In this document: piece after piece, positions 1 through 7,222 of the stretch
Layout of the letters: each line of letters opens with the position of its first letter
How positions within the stretch are numbered: the first letter of the stretch is position 1
NCBI RefSeq assembly: GCF_047304245.1
Contig: NZ_CP138956.1
Span: 871,287-895,286, forward strand
Direction: 5' to 3'
DNA: 24,000 bases
DNA from: Synechococcus sp. MIT S9452
Lineage (GTDB): Bacteria; Cyanobacteriota; Cyanobacteriia; PCC-6307; Cyanobiaceae
The notes under the pieces: generated by a model
What the model was told of the DNA's origin: nothing
The model's input: the letters and a program-made list of their open reading frames with translations, nothing else
The model's database searches: none
Translations under genes and position numbers: made by a program

Positions 1-1
1 G

Positions 2-3000
2 CAGCTGCAGCAGATGGTCTTTAACCCTGCTGCAGAAGCCTCAGGTCAGGCCTCCTTCTCCTTCTCCGTCACTGACTCCGGCTCAATCGATGGCGACGGC
101 ACCATCATCAGCGCTCCAGAAGCGATCAGCGAAACCGTCAACATCAACATCCTTAACTTCAACGACGCTCCCATCCTTCCCACCACAGCCATCACCCTGG
201 CTGATGGCACAGAAGACACCGCCTACAACTTCACCGCTGAACAACTCCTCGCTGGTGTCACCGACCCAGACATCACCTACGCACCAGATGGCGTCACCGA
301 AATCTCTCGCGATGTCGACAACCTCCAAGTCACAGGCCTAACCGCCACCAACGGCACCATCTCCTTTGAGTTCACGCTTGATTCCACATTGAGCAGCGCT
401 CTTAGTGGGCTCTATCCATCACTGGAGAGCAACCAAGCAGACATCCTTTCGGCTGCCGAGTTGCTGCAAACAGCTGCCGAGGAACTCAGCAACGGCCAAG
501 CCATCAGCGATAGCTCTCTGTTCGATGCATTGAGCGCTCAAATTCCTGGCTTGCAACCGGATGCAGCAGATATCAACCAGGTTCAGGTCTTCCTCCAAGA
601 CTTTGATTCCGCACTCACAGGTGGCCAGGCGTTCCCTGGCTCACCTGAGCTCATTACGGCTCTGCAAACCACGTTCCCCGTTCTCCAAACCGATTTCTCG
701 GAACTCACAGAAGCCCAGGTCTTCCTCCAAGACTTTGATGCAGCACTCACAGGTGGCCAGGCGTTCCCTGGCTCACCTGAGCTCATTACGGCTCTGCAAA
801 CCACGTTCCCCGTTCTCCAAACCGATTTCTCGGAACTCACAGAAGCCCAGGTCTTCCTCCAAGACTTTGATGCAGCACTCACAGGTGGCCAGGCGTTCCC
901 TGGCTCACCTGAGCTCATTACGGCTCTGCAAACCGCGTTCCCCGTTCTCCAAACCGATTTCTCGGAACTCACAGAAGCCCAGGTCTTCCTCCAAGACTTT
1001 GATGCAGCACTCACAGGTGGCCAGGCATTCCCTGGCTCACCTGAGCTCATAACGGCTCTGCAAACCGCGTTCCCCGTTCTCCAAACCGATTTCTCGGAAC
1101 TCACTGAGGCTCAGACCTTCCTACAAGCAGCTGATCAAGCCCTAACCAACGGTCAGCCGTTCTCTGGATCGCCCGAGCTCATCACGGCTCTGCAAAGCAC
1201 TTTCCCTGTTCTCGCTGGAGAGCTGGGCGAAGCAGATCCCGCAGAGATCGAAGCCGCTCAGCTGGCGATCCAACAGGCCGCTGCTGAACTCACTGCAGGC
1301 GGACAAATCAGCAACCCTGACCTGCGTGATGCACTCAGCGTCGCCCTCCCCGCGGTTCTGATGGACCCTGCTGATCTCAACAGCGCTCAACAGCAGATCC
1401 AACAGGCCGCTGCTGAACTCACTGCAGGCGGACAAATCAGCAACGCTGACTTGCGTAATGCACTCAGCGTCACCCTCCCCGCGGTTCTGATGGACCCTGC
1501 TGATCTCAACAGCGCTCAACAGCAGATCCAACAGGCCGCTGCTGAACTCACTGCAGGCGGGCAAATCAGCAACCCTGACCTGCGTGATGCACTCAGCGTC
1601 GCCCTCCCCGCGGTTCTGATGGACCCTGCTGATCTCAACAGCGCTCAACAGCAGATCCAACAGGCCGCTGCTGAACTCACTGCAGGCGGACAAATCAGCA
1701 ACGCTGACTTGCGTAATGCACTCAGCGTCGCCCTCCCCGCGGTTCTGATGGACCCTGCTGATCTCAACAGCGCTCAACAGCAGATCCAACAGGCCGCTGC
1801 TGAACTCACTGCAGGCGGACAAATCAGCAACGCTGACTTGAGCAATGCACTTTTAAGCGCTGTGCCTGGCTTGGTGGCAGATCCAGCTGCAGCCACAACA
1901 GCGCAGCAACTCCTGGCAGACGGTGCCACCGCACTGTTGAACACCAGCTTCACCTTCAACCCCGACGCCAACTTCAACGGCATCGCCAACTTCAACTACT
2001 CCATCACCGATGGCACAGCAACCGTTTCCAACACCGTTGCTCTCAACGTCGCGGCGGTGAATGACGCACCAGAAGCCACCTTCTCTCTGGCTCAAATCAC
2101 CACTGAAGGCAATGCGATCCTGAGCGGCACATTGACCTCGTTTGATGTTGATGCTGTTGGCCAGGCACCTGCGACTGGATCTCCAGCCAACAGCGATACG
2201 GCTCAAAGTGCCGACCAGAACTCCGGTGAGAACAGCACCGGCGACAACACCAATGACCTTCCCGATGAGGGCCTGGTTGACGTGTTCTCAGTGCTCAGCA
2301 ATGAAGATGAGCTGAGCACACCGGCGTTTGAACCCGAGACAAGCAGCAACGCCGTTCCGCTGGAAACCGCAAGCTTCAGCTTGGTGTCGGCATCGATCAA
2401 AGATGCTGAAGGCAACGTTGTTTCCGACCCAACCACCGGAGAGCCTGTTGCTGTTGAAGGCCTCAGCATCAATGCCGATGGCACCTGGTCGTTTGATCCA
2501 GGTGATGGCGCTTACAACTCCCTCGCCGAAGGCGAAGTTCAAACCATCACGGTCAACTATCAAGTAGCCGACGCCGCTGGGCTGACGGATGGCAACTCCT
2601 TCGTTATTACGCTCACCGGCACCAACGATGCTCCGGTTGCCACCTTCTCTGAGGCGCAAACCGCCACAGAAGATGCTGCCGCCTTTACCGGTCAGCTGAC
2701 CTCAACCGATGTCGACATCAGCGACACCGTTTCCTACAGCCTCCTCGGCGCTGACATTGCTGGCCTCACCATCAACCCAGATGGCTCCTGGTCATTTAAC
2801 CCCGCTGATCCTGCGTACCAAGACCTCGCCGCTGGTGCCACGCAGGCGATCACGGTGCAGTACTCAGCAACCGATAACAACGGTGGTTCGGCCGCGAACC
2901 AGTTTGTGATCACCCTGACTGGCACCAACGACATCCCCGTCGTTGACACCAATGCCACCTCAAACCTGGCTGTTGGAGCAGAAGACACTGCTTACACAAT

Positions 3001-6000
3001 CTCCAAACAGCAATTGCTGGCTGGGTTCTCTGATCCGGATCGCGATGCTGCGGGAGTCATGCAGGCTCTAGACGTCATTGATGTGACAGCCAGCAACGGC
3101 AGCGTCACGACTGATAGCGATGGCGACTTTGTTTTCACACCAACTGCCAATTTCCATGGAACAGTCACGCTGAGCTACAAAGTCAGCGATGGCACAGCGG
3201 AGATCGAGGCGAGCAACAGCTTCTTGATGGCGGAAGTGAATGACACGCCGGTCCTCACCAGTGGTGTTGCTCCTGTGCTTGGCGATGGAACGGAAGATGT
3301 GCAGTACACGATTAATGCCAGCGAGTTGCTGGGCAGCTTCAGCGATGTTGATCAAGACAGCCTGAACATCCTGGCCCTGAGCTCAGAGTCAGGCACGATT
3401 CGCTCTGACCAGCAGAATCCAGGCAGCTACACATTTACACCGAATCAAGATCACAACGGCGCTGTGACCTTGAACTACATCGTTAGCGATGGCAGAGGCG
3501 GCAACGTGGAGGGCACAGCCACATTCAACCTGGAAGCTGTCAACGATGCTCCTGAGCTCACAGGTGCACCTGAAGTTCTATTCGAGAACATTGCTGAAGA
3601 TTCCGCCGGACTAACAATCAAAGCAAGCGACTTGCTGGCGAATTATTCCGACGTGGACGGCAATACTCTCAACATCACCAGCTTCTCGATCAAAGACCCG
3701 CTAGAGGGCGAGCCAAATCAAAACGCCATTCCGCTCGATCAGCGTATTGGATCAATTGCTGAAATTGAAAACAGTGGCAGCGTCACTGAATACAAGTTCA
3801 TTCCAGCCGCGAACTTCAATGGCTTCGTGCGCTTTGACTACACAATCTCTGATGGTCAGGCCAGCCTCAACCAGAGCTATGCCCTGGAAGTCACCAGCGT
3901 TAACGACGCACCAACAGGCGCCGACAAGACCATCCGCGCGACAGCCGGTGAGTTCATCACTCTGAGTCCTGCTGACTTTGGGTTCAGCGATGCCATTGAC
4001 CGTGATGTCATGCAGTCAGTGAAGCTCCAGCTGAAAGACAGCAACGGAAACTCAGTGCTAACCAGCGACAACTTAGAGATCACTGATGATTTCCTCAGCC
4101 AAGACGAGCAAAATAACGGTGTCAAAACTCTGTCATTTGCTCAACTTGCTGATGGCAAGGTTTCACTGAAAGCAGGAACCATATCCAGCAACACCAGGGT
4201 TCAATTCACCGTTGTTGACGACGGCAGTGAAACCATTGGATCTAATGAATCTGCGTCGCCCAATACCCTGACCCTCTACGCCGAACCGCCGGCAAGTGAT
4301 GACGTCACGATCATCAACCAGATTCGCGTCAATCAAGTGATTGACATCCTTGGCGAGACACTGACAACACAAGCAGAAAAGGATGAGTACTCCAACACCC
4401 TCAACCTCGCTGCTGCACTCAGCGATGAGATTCGGGTTGAATTCCTGAGGCAATATGACGTTGGCCTTTTCAGCGCAGAAGGTGGTGCTGGCGCCTTTAA
4501 AGCACGCCGCTTTATCCAATCCAACATCAGCACTGAAGGATTGGAGGGTGACCGCAATCAACTCGAGCAAAACATCAGCGGACTTGGGCTACAAAGCGCG
4601 ATCGAAAAGATTGACGTCAACACCAATTCCATAGTTCTGACCCTTGATCCCAGCAGCTGGACAGGCAAACACGAACTGATCTCTTCCACCTCAGGTTCAG
4701 GAGAGCAGCTCACCATTAACGACGACGGCAGCTGGAGCCTTGAGATCACGCCGCCTGCTGACGTTGAGGTACCTGGCGAGGTAGCTGATGCAGAAATATC
4801 TGCACTATTGAATGAAATCTATGGTGACGATTCTTGGAGCACGGATTCAGCCAAAGCAGCAGAAGCTATCGCCCTATTCGATAGCACTATCAACCAAATC
4901 AGTAGCGGTGGCCTGAATGCCATCAGCGATCCAGAACTGCTGAATGCACTTCAGCTTCAGATCCCTGAATTCCAAGAAGCTGTTGATGCAGCAGCACAAT
5001 TCACCTCTGCCGTTGAAACTCTGCAAACAGCAGCTGATTCCCTTGCCAATGATGATTTCGAGTCGATCGATAATGCTGAGCTCCGAGATGCTCTGCTGAA
5101 TCAGTTCCCTGATTTGGCCAGCGCTGGAGCTGATGCTGCAGCAGCCACAGCAGAGCTACAAGCCGCTTTTGATCAGCTCGCCGGTGGCGATATCAATGCA
5201 GTCAGCAACTTTGAACTCAAGGATGCCCTCAGCAATCAGTTCCCTGGCCTGAACAACGCTTCAAACGGAGCTAGCAACGAAATCAGCTTGGCCGTCAACG
5301 AATTACAGCAAGCAGTTAATCAACTCGAGAACGGAGGCATCAACTCAATCAGCAGCGCTGATATTCAATCCGCACTGCGCAATCAGTTCCCTGACATAGA
5401 AAACTCTCCTGCTGCAGCCAACGACGCCATGTTTGAGCTGCAGGCAACCATTAGTGATCTAGAGGAGGGCGGATTCAATTCCATCGGCAACTTCGAACTC
5501 AAGGATGCCCTCAGCCGCCAGTTCCCTGGCCTGAACAACGCTTCAAACGGAGCCAGCAACGAAATCAGCTTGGCCGTCAACGAATTACAGCAAGCAGTTA
5601 ATCAACTCGAGAACGGAGGCATCAACTCAATCAGCAGCGCTGATATTCAATCCGCACTGCGCAATCAGTTCCCAGACATAGAAAACTCTCCTGCTGCAGC
5701 CAACGACGCCATGTTTGAGCTGCAGGCAACCATTAGTGATCTAGAGGAGGGCGGATTCAATTCCATCGGCAACTTCGAACTCAAGGATGCCCTCAGCAAT
5801 CAGTTCCCTGGCCTCGATAACGCTTCAAACGGAACTAGCAACGAAATCAGCTTGGCCGTCAACGAATTACAGCAAGCAGTTAATCAACTCGAGAACGGAG
5901 GCATCAACTCAATCAGCAGCGCTGATATTCAATCCGCACTGCGCAATCAGTTCCCTGACATAGAAAACTCTCCTGCTGCAGCCAACGACGCCATGTTTGA

Positions 6001-6853
6001 GCTGCAGGCAACCATTAGTGATCTAGAGGAGGGCGGATTCAATTCCATCGGCAACTTCGAACTCAAGGATGCCCTCAGCCGCCAGTTCCCTGGCCTGAAC
6101 AACGCTTCAAACGGAACTAGCAACGAAATCAGCTTGGCCGTCAACGAATTACAGCAAGCAGTTAATCAACTCGAGAACGGAGGCATCAACTCAATCAGCA
6201 GCGCTGATATTCAATCCGCACTGCGCAATCAGTTCCCTGACATAGAAAACTCTCCTGCTGCAGCCAACGACGCCATGTTTGAGCTACAGGCAACCATTAG
6301 TGATCTAGAGGAGGGCGGATTCAATTCCATCGGCAACTTCGAACTCAAGGATGCCCTCAGCCGCCAGTTCCCTGGCCTGAACAACGCTTCAAACGGAGCT
6401 AGCAACGAAATCAGCTTGGCCGTCAACGAATTACAGCAAGCAGTTAATCAACTCGAGAACGGAGGCATCAACTCAATCAGCAGCGCTGATATTCAATCCG
6501 CACTGCGCAATCAGTTCCCTGACATAGAAAACTCTCCTGCTGCAGCCAACGACGCCATGTTTGAGCTGCAGGCAACCATTAGTGATCTAGAGGAGGGCGG
6601 ATTCAATTCCATCGGCAACTTCGAACTCAAGGATGCCCTCAGCAATCAGTTCCCTGGCCTCGATAACGCTTCAAACGGAACTAGCAACGAAATCAGCTTG
6701 GCCGTCAACGAATTACAGCAAGCAGTTAATCAACTCGAGAACGGAGGCATCAACTCAATCAGCAGCGCTGATATTCAATCCGCACTGCGCAATCAGTTCC
6801 CTGACATAGAAAACTCTCCTGCTGCAGCCAACGACGCCATGTTTGAGCTGTAG
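2..6853 (+). CDS. Giant repetitive secreted cell-surface protein (cadherin/VCBS-type, SwmB-like architecture). The 5' end is outside the window, and this segment ends at an in-frame TAG inside a repeat.
   Basis: The frame is open from nt 2 with no upstream stop, so the ATG at 14 is internal. Seven N-D-A/I/T-P domain junctions occur at about 161, 2059, 2624, 2927, 3238, 3541 and 3901, with ~100-aa spacing where consecutive. Motifs typical of VCBS/cadherin-like adhesin domains are present: DGSWSFNP...Y..LA.G...ITV.Y...D..G......F.ITLTGTNDAP, and EDTAYTI...LL.GFSD.D.D. Three tandem-repeat families are all in this frame. The TAG at 6851-6853 replaces the CAG seen in sister units. Confidence 0.85.
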   Translation, partial: QLQQMVFNPAAEASGQASFSFSVTDSGSIDGDGTIISAPEAISETVNINILNFNDAPILPTTAITLADGTEDTAYNFTAEQLLAGVTDPDITYAPDGVTEISRDVDNLQVTGLTATNGTISFEFTLDSTLSSALSGLYPSLESNQADILSAAELLQTAAEELSNGQAISDSSLFDALSAQIPGLQPDAADINQVQVFLQDFDSALTGGQAFPGSPELITALQTTFPVLQTDFSELTEAQVFLQDFDAALTGGQAFPGSPELITALQTTFPVLQTDFSELTEAQVFLQDFDAALTGGQAFPGSPELITALQTAFPVLQTDFSELTEAQVFLQDFDAALTGGQAFPGSPELITALQTAFPVLQTDFSELTEAQTFLQAADQALTNGQPFSGSPELITALQSTFPVLAGELGEADPAEIEAAQLAIQQAAAELTAGGQISNPDLRDALSVALPAVLMDPADLNSAQQQIQQAAAELTAGGQISNADLRNALSVTLPAVLMDPADLNSAQQQIQQAAAELTAGGQISNPDLRDALSVALPAVLMDPADLNSAQQQIQQAAAELTAGGQISNADLRNALSVALPAVLMDPADLNSAQQQIQQAAAELTAGGQISNADLSNALLSAVPGLVADPAAATTAQQLLADGATALLNTSFTFNPDANFNGIANFNYSITDGTATVSNTVALNVAAVNDAPEATFSLAQITTEGNAILSGTLTSFDVDAVGQAPATGSPANSDTAQSADQNSGENSTGDNTNDLPDEGLVDVFSVLSNEDELSTPAFEPETSSNAVPLETASFSLVSASIKDAEGNVVSDPTTGEPVAVEGLSINADGTWSFDPGDGAYNSLAEGEVQTITVNYQVADAAGLTDGNSFVITLTGTNDAPVATFSEAQTATEDAAAFTGQLTSTDVDISDTVSYSLLGADIAGLTINPDGSWSFNPADPAYQDLAAGATQAITVQYSATDNNGGSAANQFVITLTGTNDIPVVDTNATSNLAVGAEDTAYTISKQQLLAGFSDPDRDAAGVMQALDVIDVTASNGSVTTDSDGDFVFTPTANFHGTVTLSYKVSDGTAEIEASNSFLMAEVNDTPVLTSGVAPVLGDGTEDVQYTINASELLGSFSDVDQDSLNILALSSESGTIRSDQQNPGSYTFTPNQDHNGAVTLNYIVSDGRGGNVEGTATFNLEAVNDAPELTGAPEVLFENIAEDSAGLTIKASDLLANYSDVDGNTLNITSFSIKDPLEGEPNQNAIPLDQRIGSIAEIENSGSVTEYKFIPAANFNGFVRFDYTISDGQASLNQSYALEVTSVNDAPTGADKTIRATAGEFITLSPADFGFSDAIDRDVMQSVKLQLKDSNGNSVLTSDNLEITDDFLSQDEQNNGVKTLSFAQLADGKVSLKAGTISSNTRVQFTVVDDGSETIGSNESASPNTLTLYAEPPASDDVTIINQIRVNQVIDILGETLTTQAEKDEYSNTLNLAAALSDEIRVEFLRQYDVGLFSAEGGAGAFKARRFIQSNISTEGLEGDRNQLEQNISGLGLQSAIEKIDVNTNSIVLTLDPSSWTGKHELISSTSGSGEQLTINDDGSWSLEITPPADVEVPGEVADAEISALLNEIYGDDSWSTDSAKAAEAIALFDSTINQISSGGLNAISDPELLNALQLQIPEFQEAVDAAAQFTSAVETLQTAADSLANDDFESIDNAELRDALLNQFPDLASAGADAAAATAELQAAFDQLAGGDINAVSNFELKDALSNQFPGLNNASNGASNEISLAVNELQQAVNQLENGGINSISSADIQSALRNQFPDIENSPAAANDAMFELQATISDLEEGGFNSIGNFELKDALSRQFPGLNNASNGASNEISLAVNELQQAVNQLENGGINSISSADIQSALRNQFPDIENSPAAANDAMFELQATISDLEEGGFNSIGNFELKDALSNQFPGLDNASNGTSNEISLAVNELQQAVNQLENGGINSISSADIQSALRNQFPDIENSPAAANDAMFELQATISDLEEGGFNSIGNFELKDALSRQFPGLNNASNGTSNEISLAVNELQQAVNQLENGGINSISSADIQSALRNQFPDIENSPAAANDAMFELQATISDLEEGGFNSIGNFELKDALSRQFPGLNNASNGASNEISLAVNELQQAVNQLENGGINSISSADIQSALRNQFPDIENSPAAANDAMFELQATISDLEEGGFNSIGNFELKDALSNQFPGLDNASNGTSNEISLAVNELQQAVNQLENGGINSISSADIQSALRNQFPDIENSPAAANDAMFEL
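584..1243 (+). repeat. In-frame tandem repeat family A. Period is 132 bp (44 aa): four near-identical units plus one diverged unit.
   Basis: The string caggtcttcctccaagactttgat recurs at 584, 716, 848 and 980. The unit peptide is QVFLQDFDAALTGGQAFPGSPELITALQTTFPVLQTDFSELTEA. A diverged fifth unit starts at 1112, and a diverged related module precedes the array at 449-583. Confidence 0.95.
1256..1870 (+). repeat. In-frame tandem repeat family B. Period is 129 bp (43 aa), five units, with alternating variants that give a 258-bp higher-order period.
   Basis: The string atccaacaggccgctgctgaactcactgcaggcgg recurs at 1268, 1397, 1526, 1655 and 1784. The unit peptide is IQQAAAELTAGGQISN(P/A)DLR(D/N)ALSV(A/T)LPAVLMDPADLNSAQQQ. 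The NPDLRD and NADLRN variants alternate. Confidence 0.95.
1920..4290 (+). other. Beta-domain array within the giant protein: cadherin-like / VCBS-type ~100-aa domains joined by NDxP junctions, with DxDxD-type acidic motifs.
   Basis: Junction motifs seen are AAVNDAPEATFS, TGTNDAPVATFS, TGTNDIPVVD, AEVNDTPVLTSG, EAVNDAPELTG and TSVNDAPTGAD. Recurrent patterns include FTP.ANF.G...L.Y.VSDG and SDVDG/QD.LNI. An acidic, Ser-rich insertion lies at about 2150-2400. The domain family is assigned from motif knowledge, not from an HMM run. Confidence 0.7.
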
Positions 6854-7222
6854 GCAACCATTAGTGATCTAGAGGAGGGCGGATTCAATTCCATCGGCAA
6901 CTTTGAACTCAAGGATGCCCTCAGCAATCAGTTCCCTGGCCTGAACAACGCTTCAAACGGAACTAGCAACGAAATCAGCTTGGCCGTCAACGAATTACAG
7001 CAAGCAGTTAATCAACTCGAGAACGGAGGCATCAACTCAATCAGCAGCGCTGATATTCAATCCGCACTGCGCAATCAGTTCCCTGACATAGAAAACTCTC
7101 CTGCTGCAGCCAACGACGCCATGTTTGAGCTGCAGGCAACCATTAGTGATCTAGAGGAGGGCGGATTCAATTCCATCGGCAACTTCGAACTCAAGGATGC
7201 CCTCAGCAATCAGTTCCCTGGC
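5207..7222 (+). repeat. In-frame tandem repeat family C. Period is 282 bp (94 aa, two 47-aa modules): seven nearly identical full units plus a partial eighth.
   Basis: Units start at 5207, 5489, 5771, 6053, 6335, 6617, 6899 and 7181, each beginning aactt(t/c)gaactcaaggatgcc. Differences are limited to a few positions: S(N/R)QFPGL(N/D)NASNG(A/T)S, ccctgac versus cccagac, and gagctg/gagcta/gagctgTag. Diverged copies of the same module flank the array at about 4850-5206 and 7223-7500. Confidence 0.97.

Noticed and set aside
561-1822. Long ORFs in other frames and on the antisense strand (561-1052 +, 583-1104 -, 1142-1822 -), whose products are themselves repetitive.
   Set aside because: They lie entirely inside tandem-repeat families A and B of the giant gene. 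A stop-free stretch in an off-frame is simply copied by each repeat unit. Their peptides are low-complexity (S/R/C-rich) with no start context or motifs.
5383-6426. Three nearly identical 65-aa antisense ORFs (5383-5580, 5947-6144, 6229-6426).
   Set aside because: They are spaced at exact multiples of the 282-bp repeat, so they are by-products of the repeat and not independent genes. They are useful only as a marker of the 846-bp higher-order period.
6851-6853. The TAG as programmed recoding (pyrrolysine or regulated read-through).
   Set aside because: The window has no pyl-type genes or recoding signals, and the same codon is CAG in six sister repeats. A point substitution or a sequencing error is far more economical.
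6980-6982. The TTG at 6980 as a genuine start codon of an independent downstream gene.
   Set aside because: It lies in the middle of a repeat unit, and identical sequence in other units is plainly internal. There is no promoter or ribosome-binding context, and the frame is already open from 6854.
5207-7222. Possibility that the regular 282-bp repeats form a CRISPR array or a non-coding satellite.
   Set aside because: The units are contiguous with no unique spacers. They are far longer than CRISPR repeats, lie in one long open frame and encode a conserved peptide module.
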